This document shows, one piece after another, positions 46,706 through 56,610 of a stretch of 64,000 nucleotides of DNA. The stretch is taken from positions 54,180-118,179 of IMG/VR virus record IMGVR_UViG_3300031616_000001; one strand, written 5' to 3'. The notes beneath the pieces were generated by a model. That model was given only the letters and a program-made list of their open reading frames with translations, was not told the DNA's origin and did no database searches. Made by a program: the position numbers and the translations under genes. Origin of the DNA: a virus. Each line of letters opens with the position of its first letter. Within the stretch, counting starts at the first letter, position 1.

Positions 46706-48313
46706 ATGGCGACGTCACTACCACAAAGCGCGCACCTCATCGCGCAATGGTCGGCAGACTCGCTCACTCCGCAGACCGACAACACCGACGTCACTGCAAC
46801 ATGGACGGATAGCGTCAACGGGTACGGCGCCACCTGGTCTACAACAGGTCAAGGCGGCCGCCCATCGGTAGCCCCGAAGTACCGCACCAACACGACGGGT
46901 GGGAAGCCGTCAGTGCGATTCCAGGCCTCTGGCAATGGCTCGAGCATGTTGATGGGCCGACCGGCGACGGTTGTCGCCGCGCTGAATGCGCAGGCCGTGA
47001 CGACCTTCGTCGTCTACAAGACGATCACGCCATCCGGCAACGGCGGCTGCTTGGTCGACTTGGGTATCGACGACACCGGCAACTTCATGCTGGCGGACGG
47101 CAACCAAGTCGGCAGCTTCGCCGACAGCTTCATGAAGGTGCCGAACACCGCGCAGTCGGCGTTCTCTACCTTGGCGACGTCTATCGGGTCGTACACGAAT
47201 GGCACGGGCACGTTCCCGCTCGAGCGGTGGCATGTCGACGGTGGTTGCGTCGGCCACGCCAGTTCGGCATCTGCCGGCCCGGGCGCGACAGTGTCGCTTT
47301 GCATCGGCGCGAACGCGAACAACGGCGCGTTCATCAACTGCGAAGCCGACATCTACGAGATCCTGTTCTGGGACCAAGCGCTCACGCCGACCGAGGTCAT
47401 GCAGGCGCACATGTGGGCCTGCGAGAAGTACGGTCAGTCCTATCCGTGGGCATCGCGTGATCACATGCTGGTCTTCGACGGCGATTCGATCACGATGGGT
47501 CTCGGCGGCTCCAGCCCAGCCGACTCGTATCCATACAAGGTCGCGCAGACGCTGGGCCTGTCGTTCGGCCAGTGGACGAACCTGGGGATCGGTGGCGACA
47601 CGATCACCGAGATGGACACGCGTGCGCCAGCTGGTGTCGACGACGTCTACGCGCTGATCGGCAAGCCCGTCAAGCTGGCGGCATTCGAGTGGTACAACCA
47701 GCGCGCTGCCAGCCCGACGCCGCGAAACAACTCGCTGACGTACCTGTCGAATCGGCGGTCATCGACGGTGAAGGTGTGCTTCGGCACGTCGACCGACACG
47801 AGTGCGACGACCGACACGGATCGCGCGGACTACAACACCTACTTCGACGCAAATAACACGTCGGCGACGATGGACGCCTACGTGGCGATCCACGCCGACG
47901 CGAACATCGGCGTCGAGACGGCGGCGGCGAACTTCCCCGGCAACTTTGCCGACGGAGTCCATCTGTCGGCGGCCGGCTATACGATCCTCGCCGGTCTGAT
48001 GGTCACGGGTGTGAACGCCCTGGTCTTTGCCCCGACGATCAACACGCAGCCGGCGAATCTGTCCGTCTACGAGAACGCTCTCGCGAACTTCACGATCGCC
48101 GCCACGGCGAGCTCGGGGACGAACAGCTACCAGTGGAAGAAGAACGGCGTGAACGTCGGCACCGACAGCACGACGCTGTCGTTCACAGCCGCCCTTTCTG
48201 ACAACGCTGCGCTGATCACATGCGACGTCACCGACGACAACGGCACAGTGACGAGCTCCACGGCAACGCTGACAGTCATACCGTCTTCGATCGTGGCATG
48301 GATGGTCGCGTGA
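46706..48313 (+). CDS. lectin/LamG-like plus SGNH hydrolase plus Ig-like domain protein
   Basis: FDGDSIT, NLGIGG, DGVHLS; Ig-like TQP..YQWKKNG..C. Confidence 0.8.
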   Translation: MATSLPQSAHLIAQWSADSLTPQTDNTDVTATWTDSVNGYGATWSTTGQGGRPSVAPKYRTNTTGGKPSVRFQASGNGSSMLMGRPATVVAALNAQAVTTFVVYKTITPSGNGGCLVDLGIDDTGNFMLADGNQVGSFADSFMKVPNTAQSAFSTLATSIGSYTNGTGTFPLERWHVDGGCVGHASSASAGPGATVSLCIGANANNGAFINCEADIYEILFWDQALTPTEVMQAHMWACEKYGQSYPWASRDHMLVFDGDSITMGLGGSSPADSYPYKVAQTLGLSFGQWTNLGIGGDTITEMDTRAPAGVDDVYALIGKPVKLAAFEWYNQRAASPTPRNNSLTYLSNRRSSTVKVCFGTSTDTSATTDTDRADYNTYFDANNTSATMDAYVAIHADANIGVETAAANFPGNFADGVHLSAAGYTILAGLMVTGVNALVFAPTINTQPANLSVYENALANFTIAATASSGTNSYQWKKNGVNVGTDSTTLSFTAALSDNAALITCDVTDDNGTVTSSTATLTVIPSSIVAWMVA

Positions 48314-48334
48314 TGCCGCGAAGGTCGATCAGGA

Positions 48335-48362
48335 TGGACAGCGACTTTAGCATTGCTAGAAT
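48335..48362 (+). promoter_or_regulatory. putative promoter containing the TAGCATTGCTA palindrome
   Basis: TGGACA-N16-TAGAAT with extended TG. Confidence 0.5.
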
Positions 48363-48398
48363 CTGCGCGAACGTCACCGAATCACAGGAGCTACCAGC

Positions 48399-49133
48399 TT
48401 GAGTCCGCAGATTGTTTTGCCCGACTATGGCCGGCACAACGCCGACATCGAGGCCACGATCAAACGTGTCGACGATTCCTCGGCGTGGAAGAAACTCGAC
48501 ACGATCATGCTGATTCCAGCCGGCAAGTCGGTGCCGCTGAAGACGGCGTTGAGTTGGTTGAACATGTACGCGCCGCCGAACAACCAGTTCTTCCGGCTGC
48601 CCGCCGCGGCGAGCATCAACATGGAGGTCGGCGAGGCCTTCAGCCATTTGATCGAGCAGATCCTCGCGCATCCGCAACTCTCGCTGTTCAAGTACATCCT
48701 GACCTGCGAGCACGACAACATCGTGCCGCCAGACGGCTTGATCAAACTGCAGCAGCGGATGGAGGCCAACCCGGACTTCGACTGCATCAGCGGCCTGTAC
48801 TACACCAAGGGCGACGGTGGCATGCCGCAGATCTGGGGCGACCCGCGCGACCCTGTGAACAACTTCCGGCCGCAGCCGCCGCGCACCGGCGAGCTCGTTG
48901 AGTGCTGCGGTACCGGCATGGGGTTCGCGCTGTGGCGGCTCGAGATGTTCAAGGATGCAGACCTGCGCCGGCCCTGGTTCAAGACGCAGACCGAAGGCGG
49001 CGTGAGCACGCAGGACTTGTACTTCTGGGCCGACGCTCGCAAGAACGGCTATCGCTGTGGCGTTGATTGCTCGGTCCTTGTTGGACATTACGACATGGAC
49101 GGCAAGTTCGGTCCTGAAGACTACACCTGGTGA
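48399..49133 (+). CDS. GT-A fold (GT2-like) glycosyltransferase
   Basis: ILTCEHDN, ISGLY, GTGMGFAL, TQDLYF, VGH. Confidence 0.75.
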   Translation: MSPQIVLPDYGRHNADIEATIKRVDDSSAWKKLDTIMLIPAGKSVPLKTALSWLNMYAPPNNQFFRLPAAASINMEVGEAFSHLIEQILAHPQLSLFKYILTCEHDNIVPPDGLIKLQQRMEANPDFDCISGLYYTKGDGGMPQIWGDPRDPVNNFRPQPPRTGELVECCGTGMGFALWRLEMFKDADLRRPWFKTQTEGGVSTQDLYFWADARKNGYRCGVDCSVLVGHYDMDGKFGPEDYTW

Positions 49134-49146
49134 TCTCGGAGAAACG

Positions 49147-49812
49147 ATGAAGAACAAGGCCGCGCGAGCCCCTGAACTGCAACCTATCGGAGCAGTGGTT
49201 GTCATACCGCTGCGCCTTGACTTCGGCTGCGGCCGAACGAAGTTGGATGGTTGGGAAGGCATCGACTCCATCGACTTCGGCCAGAAGCATGTTCTGAACA
49301 TCGCCGAGCAGAGCAAGGCCTGGTACCGGCAGAACCACGAATTCATGACAGGCGATCGCGAGACGCCACCCGATGTGCCGCGCTACCTGGCGTGGCCTTT
49401 CGCTGATGGCAGCGTCGACGAGGTTCGCTCCTCGCACTTCGTCGAGCATCTCACCGGCGAGCAACGCGTGTTCTTCTTCAGCGAGCTGTACCGCGTGATG
49501 AAGGTCGGCGCCACCGCGCAGATCGTCACGCCGAACTGGTCGCACTCCTGCGCCTACGGTGATCCGACGCACCAGTGGCCGCCGATGAGCAGCTGGTTCA
49601 CGCTCTACCTCAATGAGCAATGGCGCGCCGTGAATGCGCCACACGCCGGTTTCGCGTGCGACTTCGACTGGGGCATCGCCGGCGGCTGGGATGCATCGAT
49701 CGAGATGCGCAACGCCGAGACCAAGGCGGTGATGATGGACAAGAACACCAACTGCTTCCGGGACCTGATAGCGACGCTTACCAAGCGGCCGCCGAGCGCG
49801 CCAGCGCCTTGA
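49147..49812 (+). CDS. class I SAM methyltransferase
   Basis: LDFGCG, PFADGSVDEV, HFVEHL, ELYRVMKVG, GDPTH. Confidence 0.85.
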   Translation: MKNKAARAPELQPIGAVVVIPLRLDFGCGRTKLDGWEGIDSIDFGQKHVLNIAEQSKAWYRQNHEFMTGDRETPPDVPRYLAWPFADGSVDEVRSSHFVEHLTGEQRVFFFSELYRVMKVGATAQIVTPNWSHSCAYGDPTHQWPPMSSWFTLYLNEQWRAVNAPHAGFACDFDWGIAGGWDASIEMRNAETKAVMMDKNTNCFRDLIATLTKRPPSAPAP

Positions 49813-49829
49813 TCCGGAACGACCAACAC

Positions 49830-49856
49830 CAGGCCCGCTACACGCGGGCCTTTTCA
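49830..49856 (+). terminator. terminator-like hairpin
   Basis: AGGCCCGC-TACAC-GCGGGCCT-TTT. Confidence 0.55.
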
Positions 49857-49870
49857 ATTCAGGACCACGC

Positions 49871-51985
49871 ATGACGAGCAAAGTCTCAGAATTTGCTGAC
49901 GCGCTCTTCGTGGCCGTCAAGGGCTATTGCTCGTCGGAGTTCAAGCGCCTGTTCGAGCCGGCGATCGCCCCGCTGAAGGATCAGATCAGCGCCATCCCGG
50001 CCGGCCGCGACGGCAAAGACGCGGATCTCGAGCTCGTACGCACGGCTGCCGCCGATGCCGCGCGCCAGGCGGTCGCCGAACTGCCGCCGGCCAAGGACGG
50101 TGTAGATGGTCGCAGCGCCGACCCAGAAGAGGTTTCCACTCTCGTGCAGGAGACAGTGGCGAAAGCCATCGCGCTGATCCCCGTGCCGAAAGACGGCCGC
50201 GACGCTTCGATCGAAGACGTCACGTCAGTTGTCGACGCAGCGCTGTCCAAGGCAGTCGAAAGTCTGCCGCTCCCGAAGGACGGCCGCGACGCTGAGCCCG
50301 TCGCCCCCGAGGTGGTGCGCGCGATGGTTGCGGAAGCCATCGCCAAACTGCCGGCGCCAAAGGATGGGGTCGACGGCAAGAGTGCTGATCCCGTTGAAGT
50401 TGAAGCCGCGGTGCGCAAGGCCATCGATGAGTTGCCGCCGGCGAAGGACGGCGCCGACGGCAAGGACGCCGACGCCGAGGCCATCACGCAGGCCGTGCTC
50501 GCCAAGATCGCAGCGTTTCTTGACGGCATCCCGGCGCCGGTCAACGGCAAAGACGGCCGTGACGGCGTCGACGGCGCCAGCGTCGATTCCGCGGTAGTCG
50601 CACGGCTCGTCTCCGAAGAGGTGAAGCGCGCCGTCGACGCGCTACCGGCGCCGAAGGACGGCGTCGACGGCAAGGATGGCGTGGCCGGTGCCGACGGGCC
50701 GTCGACGGAAGAGATCGCAGGTCTGGTGCGGTCGGCAGTCGCGACGATCCCGCCGCCGAAGGACGGTGTCGACGGCAAGGACGCGAGTCCCGAGCAGATC
50801 TCGGAAGCCGTGGCCAAGGCCGTGGCGCTGATCCCGGTTCCGAAGGACGGCCGCGATGGCGTCGACGGGCAGTCGGTCGACCGCCAGGTCGTGCGCGGCA
50901 TGGTCGACGATGAGGTCGCGAAGTCGGTCGCCGCGCTACCGCCGGCAAAGGACGGCGTCGACGGTAAGAGCATCGATCCCGTCGAGCTCGAAACGCTGGT
51001 CGTGGCGAAGGTGAAGGCGGTTGTCGCTGATCTGCCGAAGCCTGAAAACGGCGTCGATGGGCGCGATGCCGACCCTGAAGTGCTTCGACAGATGGTGTCC
51101 GACGCCGTGGCCGAGATCCCGAAGCCGGCGGATGGCCGCGACGGGAAGGATGGCCTGGACGGCAAGTCCGTCGATCGCGATGAAGTAGTCGAACTCGTGC
51201 GCGCGGCCACGGCGGGCGTGCCTGAGCTGGTCGAGTCGGTTGTCGAGACGGCGGTCGCGAAGATCCCGGCTGCGAAGGATGGCCGCGACGGCGTTGACGG
51301 CAAGAGCGTCGACGAGCAAACCATCGCCAGGCTGCTTGGCGACCTCGTGGCCAAGGCCATGGAGGCCATGCCGAAACCGCGTGACGGCCGCGATGCCGAT
51401 CCCGAGTCGATCCACAAAGCCATCGAGGCCGCGATCAACTCGATCCCTCTGCCAGTTGACGGCCGCGACGGTCGTGATGGCAAGGTCGGCGATCCCGGTC
51501 GCGACGCGCTGCAGATCGAGGTCCTGCCGGCCGTCGATGTCACGCGCAGCTATCCGCGCGCCACGTATGCGAATTACCGCGGCGGCGTGGTGCGCTCGGT
51601 GCGCACGACCGACCCCGTCACCGACTCGATCGAGGCCGCCGGTTGGGTCGTGCACGTCGACGGCGAGGCCGACTTCGAGATCGAGCAGGTCAATGAGCGA
51701 TCGTTCGCTTTCAAGCGCACGTTCACCAGTGGCCGCGTGGTTGAGAAACGCGTGAGCATCCCCGCACAGATCTACCGCGGCGTCTACGACGAGAACCGCG
51801 TTGGTGGCTACGAAAAGGGCGACACCGCGACATGGGCAGGGTCGCTCTGGCATTGCAATGAACCCACGGGCGAGAAGCCCGGTGTCGGCGGCAACTGGAC
51901 GCTTGCCGCCAAGCGCGGCCGCGATGGTGCCGACGGCGTCGCGCCGCGCGCCGGCCCGCCGCCGACGGTCAAGTTGCCGAAGTGA
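49871..51985 (+). CDS. PKDG(V/R)DG repeat protein (portal/neck-associated)
   Basis: More than a dozen helix plus PKDGxDGK repeats; C-terminal GRDALQIEVLP..SYPR, WAGSLWHC, WTLAAKRGRDG. Confidence 0.75.
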   Translation: MTSKVSEFADALFVAVKGYCSSEFKRLFEPAIAPLKDQISAIPAGRDGKDADLELVRTAAADAARQAVAELPPAKDGVDGRSADPEEVSTLVQETVAKAIALIPVPKDGRDASIEDVTSVVDAALSKAVESLPLPKDGRDAEPVAPEVVRAMVAEAIAKLPAPKDGVDGKSADPVEVEAAVRKAIDELPPAKDGADGKDADAEAITQAVLAKIAAFLDGIPAPVNGKDGRDGVDGASVDSAVVARLVSEEVKRAVDALPAPKDGVDGKDGVAGADGPSTEEIAGLVRSAVATIPPPKDGVDGKDASPEQISEAVAKAVALIPVPKDGRDGVDGQSVDRQVVRGMVDDEVAKSVAALPPAKDGVDGKSIDPVELETLVVAKVKAVVADLPKPENGVDGRDADPEVLRQMVSDAVAEIPKPADGRDGKDGLDGKSVDRDEVVELVRAATAGVPELVESVVETAVAKIPAAKDGRDGVDGKSVDEQTIARLLGDLVAKAMEAMPKPRDGRDADPESIHKAIEAAINSIPLPVDGRDGRDGKVGDPGRDALQIEVLPAVDVTRSYPRATYANYRGGVVRSVRTTDPVTDSIEAAGWVVHVDGEADFEIEQVNERSFAFKRTFTSGRVVEKRVSIPAQIYRGVYDENRVGGYEKGDTATWAGSLWHCNEPTGEKPGVGGNWTLAAKRGRDGADGVAPRAGPPPTVKLPK

Positions 51986-52623
51986 GCGCGGTACTGGAGC
52001 GGCCAGTCGTGCGCTGGGATGGCATCCGATGGGATGACGCGACCGTCGTGATCCTGGCCAGCGGGCCCAGCTTGACCGAGGCGCAGTGCGCAGCGGTGAA
52101 GGCTTGGCGTGATGCCGGCGAAGCACGGCGCGTCATCGCGATCAACACGACGTTCCGGCGCGCGCCGTGGGCTGACGTGCTGTACGCCTGCGACGCGCAG
52201 TGGTGGATCGCGTTTCGCAAGGAAGTCGATATGGCGTTCGCCGGCGAGCGGTGGACGCAAGATGAGTTGGCCGTCGTGTACGGCGTGCGGCGCATCGCGA
52301 GCGTGCGCGGCAAAGGATTGAGCCGGACGCCAGGCGTCATCCATCAGGGCGGCAACAGCGGGTACCAGGCGATCAACCTCGCGTGGCAGGCCGGCGCCGC
52401 GCGGATCCTGCTACTCGGCTTCGACATGCAGGGCACGCACTGGCATGGCCGCTATGGGAACGGCCTGGCCAACACCGCTGCTCACTTGTTCGAGCAATGG
52501 CTGGTCGAGTTCAAACCGCTCGCCGCCGATCTCAAGACCGAAGGCATCGACGTCGTGAACTGCACGCCGGGCGGCCGGTTGGAATGTTTCCCGCGCGCCG
52601 CGCTTTCCGAGGAATTGACTTGA
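51982..52623 (+). CDS. Maf/MptE-like putative sugar transferase
   Basis: ILASGPSL, AIN, GGNSGYQAINLA, ILLLGFDM, VVNC. Confidence 0.7.
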   Translation: MSAVLERPVVRWDGIRWDDATVVILASGPSLTEAQCAAVKAWRDAGEARRVIAINTTFRRAPWADVLYACDAQWWIAFRKEVDMAFAGERWTQDELAVVYGVRRIASVRGKGLSRTPGVIHQGGNSGYQAINLAWQAGAARILLLGFDMQGTHWHGRYGNGLANTAAHLFEQWLVEFKPLAADLKTEGIDVVNCTPGGRLECFPRAALSEELT

Positions 52624-53414
52624 TCGCAGTGAACACCATCCGCGCGGAGCCTCACTATCGGCGCGCGGCATTCGACGCCGGCCTCGAGAAGGTCGGCTAC
52701 CAACTTAGGAACGGCGGGGATCCGCAGAACCGCGACGACGTGATCCTGCTGTGGAACCTGCACGGCGCCAACGAGCAGCGGGCTCGCGAGTGGGAAGCCA
52801 AAGGCGGAACCGTGCTGGTCTGCGAGAACGGCTACATCGGGCGTGACGCGGCTGGTCAGCAGCTCTACGCGATCGCCGTGCACGGCCACAACGGCAGCGG
52901 CTGGTTTCCGGTTGGTGCCGAAGATCGGTTCGAAACCCTCGGCATCCAGCTCGCGCCGTGGCGCGCCGGCGGCGCCGGCATCCTGATCTGCGGACAGCGA
53001 GGCATCGGCTCGCGCCAGATGGCCAGCCCGGCGCAGTGGGAGGACAAGACGCTGCGGCGATTCAAGGAGCAGAAGCTCACCGGTGTCCGTATCCGGCGGC
53101 ACCCCGGCAAGAACGCAACGGCGACGCCGCTCGAGCAGGACCTCGCCGATGCCGGTCTCTGCGTCATCTGGAGTTCGGCCTCCGGCGTGAAGGCGCTGAC
53201 GATGGGCATCCCCGTCGTCTACTGCGCGCCGCACTGGATCTGCGCCGGCGCGGCTGGCCACAGCATCGGCACGATCCACGAACCCGTGTGTGACGACGCG
53301 CGCCGGCTCGCGGCCCTGCGGCGCATGGCGCATGCGCAGTGGCGCGTTGCCGAGATAGAGCAGGGCGAACCCTTCCGGCGGATCCTCGACAGCATCGGGA
53401 GCGCTACGTGGTGA
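52620..53414 (+). CDS. KpsS/KpsC-like GT-B glycosyltransferase
   Basis: ENGY, RIRRHP, WSSASGVKALTMGIPV. Confidence 0.65.
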   Translation: MIAVNTIRAEPHYRRAAFDAGLEKVGYQLRNGGDPQNRDDVILLWNLHGANEQRAREWEAKGGTVLVCENGYIGRDAAGQQLYAIAVHGHNGSGWFPVGAEDRFETLGIQLAPWRAGGAGILICGQRGIGSRQMASPAQWEDKTLRRFKEQKLTGVRIRRHPGKNATATPLEQDLADAGLCVIWSSASGVKALTMGIPVVYCAPHWICAGAAGHSIGTIHEPVCDDARRLAALRRMAHAQWRVAEIEQGEPFRRILDSIGSATW

Positions 53415-54154
53415 ACGTGACCGCCTACCCATGTGCTGGCAAGCGGAAGTCCTTCGAGATCTGCCTGGCCTTCGTCAGAGGCTGCGGCGGCCAGATCGGC
53501 ACGACGCTGCGCGACGGCGCCGCGGCTTTCTATGGCGTCGACGAGTCGAACGTCGACGTGTGGCGCGCGGTGCGCGCGCGCGGCTCCGACTACTACTACA
53601 TCGACAACTCCTATTTCGATTCCGCGCGGCAGCAGCATTTCCGCGTGACGAAGAACAGGCTGCAGCACCCCGGCATCGGTGTCAGCGATGGCTCGCGGTT
53701 CCGCGCGCTCGGCATCAGTCTCGCGCCGTGGCGCGCCGGCGGTGCGCACATCGTCGTCTGCCCGCAGTCGAACGCGTTCATGCGGACAGCTGCCGGCTAC
53801 GACGGCGACTGGACGCAGAAGACGCTGGCGCGCCTCAAGGCACAGACGACGCGGGAGATCCGCGTGCGCGAGTGGTCGGCGAACAAGGGCGCACTCGCTG
53901 CAACCCTGCAGCAGGACCTGGCCGGCGCGCACGCGCTGGTCACATGGTCGTCAGCGGCGGCCGTCTCGGCTGTCGTGTCGGGGGTCCCGGTGATCGTCGA
54001 GGCCAACGACTGCGCGGCGCGATTCATGGGCGGCACCGACATCGAGGCGCTGCCGACACCGGAGCGCGAAAACTGGGTCGGCACGCTCGCCGACAACGAA
54101 TGGTCACTGGACGAAATGTCAAAGGGGAAAGCATGGCTGAAGCTGCAAAAGTGA
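53411..54154 (+). CDS. KpsS/KpsC-like GT-B glycosyltransferase (paralog)
   Basis: YIDNSYF, LAPWR, VTWSSAAAVSAVVSGVPV. Confidence 0.65.
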   Translation: MNVTAYPCAGKRKSFEICLAFVRGCGGQIGTTLRDGAAAFYGVDESNVDVWRAVRARGSDYYYIDNSYFDSARQQHFRVTKNRLQHPGIGVSDGSRFRALGISLAPWRAGGAHIVVCPQSNAFMRTAAGYDGDWTQKTLARLKAQTTREIRVREWSANKGALAATLQQDLAGAHALVTWSSAAAVSAVVSGVPVIVEANDCAARFMGGTDIEALPTPERENWVGTLADNEWSLDEMSKGKAWLKLQK

Positions 54155-55074
54155 AGGACCTGAAGGGTTGGTTCACCGGATTGGGCCGCGATGGCGACCG
54201 TTCGCTGGAGCAGCAGATGACGGGGCTCGAGGCCTTGGTCGCCGAGGTCCCCGGCAAGACCGTGCTCGATGCCGGCTGCGCCGAGGGCCTCATCGCCCTC
54301 GAGCTCGCCGCCGTCGGCGCCAAGGCGTGCATCGGTCTGGAGATCGTCGGCAAGTTCGTGGCCATCGGCGAGCGACTCGCCGGCGAGCGCGAGTTGCCAT
54401 GCGAGTTCATCGTCGCCAACCTGAACCAGTACGACCTGAGCGACAAGCCGCAGGTAGACATCGTGCTGATGCTGGCCATCCTGCACAAGCTGCGCGACCC
54501 GTCGGCCGTCTGCGCCGCGCTCGCCGCGCTGGCGCGCGACCTCTGCGTGATCCGCCTGCCGCCTTCGGGCATGCGCATCCTGGACCTTCGATCCGGCATG
54601 CGGCCGCACCACATCGACCAGGTGATGACCGACGCCGGATTCGCTCTGGAGTCCGTGGTCGCCGGTCCGTACGACGAATGGCTCGGCTACTTCCGCCGCG
54701 TTCAGGCCGACAAGCCGGTCGAGCTCGAATCGGAACCCGTCGAGACGATCGCATCGACGTCCATGACGAATGTCGTCATCGGTGAGACGAACGTCGAGGT
54801 TTCCGACACGAAAGCGCCATCCCATGCAACGGAAGGCGAAGTCCATGCAACAAGCGAGGCCGGCGATGCGTCGAACGCACCTGCCGATGCATCCGGAACC
54901 TCATCGGTCGAAGATGCTCAGGCCGTCGCCGAAGGCGGCGCTGCCGAGATCGTTGACGCGGCCAAGCCGGACGACAAGCTCGAGAATGTGGCGGTGATGG
55001 CCACGGATTCCGCCGACGCAACTGGAGCGCGGCGCCGCCGCAATCGCGGCGGATCGAAGGGCTCCGGGGAGTAG
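54133..55074 (+). CDS. class I SAM methyltransferase with acidic tail
   Basis: GKTVLDAGCAEG, LAILHKL. Confidence 0.8.
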   Translation: MAEAAKVKDLKGWFTGLGRDGDRSLEQQMTGLEALVAEVPGKTVLDAGCAEGLIALELAAVGAKACIGLEIVGKFVAIGERLAGERELPCEFIVANLNQYDLSDKPQVDIVLMLAILHKLRDPSAVCAALAALARDLCVIRLPPSGMRILDLRSGMRPHHIDQVMTDAGFALESVVAGPYDEWLGYFRRVQADKPVELESEPVETIASTSMTNVVIGETNVEVSDTKAPSHATEGEVHATSEAGDASNAPADASGTSSVEDAQAVAEGGAAEIVDAAKPDDKLENVAVMATDSADATGARRRRNRGGSKGSGE

Positions 55075-55077
55075 ATC

Positions 55078-55818
55078 ATCGGTGCCGGTGATTGGCTGAT
55101 GGCCACTGCTCAGGCCAGGCAGCTGCACGAGTCGAACGGCCGGCCGGTGTTGATCGTGGGCCGCTTCAATCGGCCGCAGTGGCACGAGGTCTTCGAGAAC
55201 AACCCGCGCATCGTGCGCATGCCAACCAGTGGCGCACAGCGCCTGGCGAATGGCAGCGGTATGCGGCCGTACATCGTAAGCAAGACCGCGACGCGATGGA
55301 CGTGGAAGCACTGGGACATTGCACCCGGCGAGATCTACCTCACGGACGCCGAGAAGCAGTTCGGCATCGCGCACGGCGGCCGTGTCCTGATCGAACCCAA
55401 CACCAAGGTCGACGGTTCGAACAAGGCATGGATCGCTGAGCGCTGGCAGGAGCTCGTCGACCGCGGAGGCGACTTCGTCCAGGTCGGCCCGGCCGGCACC
55501 TGGGCTTTGCGCGGCGTCGAGTTCGTCGAGACCAAGACATTCAGGCTGGCCTGCGCGGTGCTGGCGGCGAGCCGGGCATTCGTTGGCACCGAGGGCGGCC
55601 TGCATCACGCGGCCGCCGCGCTCGGCGTGCCGGCGGTGGTGCTCTACAGCGAATTCATCTCGCCGGAGATCACGGGCTATGCCGGCCATCGCAACCTGCG
55701 CCACGCCGGCGAGGCCTGCGGCTCGCGTGTGCCGTGCGCTGGCTGCCGCGCGTCAATGGAAAAGATCACTGTGGACGAAGTGTCCGAGAACCTGGAGCAG
55801 ATCCTTGAAGTACGTTGA
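55078..55818 (+). CDS. GT9 (heptosyltransferase-like) glycosyltransferase; start uncertain (ATC 55078 or ATG 55099)
   Basis: GAGDWLMAT, FENNP, KAW, FVGTEGGLHHAAAALGVPAVVLY. Confidence 0.8.
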   Translation: MGAGDWLMATAQARQLHESNGRPVLIVGRFNRPQWHEVFENNPRIVRMPTSGAQRLANGSGMRPYIVSKTATRWTWKHWDIAPGEIYLTDAEKQFGIAHGGRVLIEPNTKVDGSNKAWIAERWQELVDRGGDFVQVGPAGTWALRGVEFVETKTFRLACAVLAASRAFVGTEGGLHHAAAALGVPAVVLYSEFISPEITGYAGHRNLRHAGEACGSRVPCAGCRASMEKITVDEVSENLEQILEVR

Positions 55819-56455
55819 CTCGTGGTGGTTTCCGGACGGCGAGAGCCACCTTCCTGGATGGATGGCGAACCCGAAGGTACGCATGGCCTTGAACGGTCGG
55901 CCAGCCTACCAAGGCGGGAAGCAGAAGGCTGCCATGGAGGTTTGCACGCAGTTCCGCACGGCGGTTGATGTCGGCGGTCACGTCGGCCTGTGGAGCTTCA
56001 ACCTCGCGCACGCCTTCGACCAGGTGCATGCCTTCGAGCCTGTCGCCGTGCATCGCGAGTGCTTCACGCGCAACACCGAGGGCCTGGCCAACATCGAGCT
56101 CCACGACTGCGCGCTCGGCGATCGCTACGGCAGCGTGAAGATCCGAACCGAGCCAACGAGCAGCGGCGATTCGCGCGTCGACGGTGCCGGCGACATCCCG
56201 ATGCACACGCTGGACAGCTTCCACCTCGAGAACGTCGATCTGGTCAAGATCGACTGCGAGGGCTTCGAGCTGTTCGTGCTGCGCGGTGCCGAGGAGCTGC
56301 TGGCGCGCCAGAAACCAGTCGTCATCGTCGAGCAGAAGCCCGGCCACGCCGTGAAGTTCGGCCTCGGCGATCGCGATGCGCTGCCGTACCTCGAGTCGCT
56401 CGGCTACCGCCTGGCGCGCGAGATGGCGGGCGACCTGATCATGGTGCCGGCATGA
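55805..56455 (+). CDS. FkbM-family methyltransferase
   Basis: AVDVGGHVGLW, AFEP, TLDS, VKIDCEGFELFVLRGA. Confidence 0.9.
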   Translation: MKYVDSWWFPDGESHLPGWMANPKVRMALNGRPAYQGGKQKAAMEVCTQFRTAVDVGGHVGLWSFNLAHAFDQVHAFEPVAVHRECFTRNTEGLANIELHDCALGDRYGSVKIRTEPTSSGDSRVDGAGDIPMHTLDSFHLENVDLVKIDCEGFELFVLRGAEELLARQKPVVIVEQKPGHAVKFGLGDRDALPYLESLGYRLAREMAGDLIMVPA

Positions 56456-56610
56456 GATTCAAGCGGCGGGCGAAAGCGCAGGATCCGTGGAATCGATGGT
56501 TCGCGTGGCATCCCGTCTTCTGCGAGTTCGACAAGTGCTGGGTTTGGCTTGAGATGGTCGACCGTTGCTGGGACAACGATCTCGAGCGCTGGCAATACGA
56601 GACCGACTGA
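56452..56610 (+). CDS. small hypothetical protein
   Basis: WFAWHPV...WVWLE motif. Confidence 0.55.
   Translation: MRFKRRAKAQDPWNRWFAWHPVFCEFDKCWVWLEMVDRCWDNDLERWQYETD

Noticed and set aside
36739-51543. Long antisense ORFs (36739-37992, 38703-40445, 49981-51543)
   Set aside because: These are shadow ORFs of high-GC genes with no RBS or family motifs.
55072-55074. Genome-wide TAG recoding
   Set aside because: TAG ends several clear genes (for example terL at 36055), long genes are not fragmented and no suppressor tRNA is seen.
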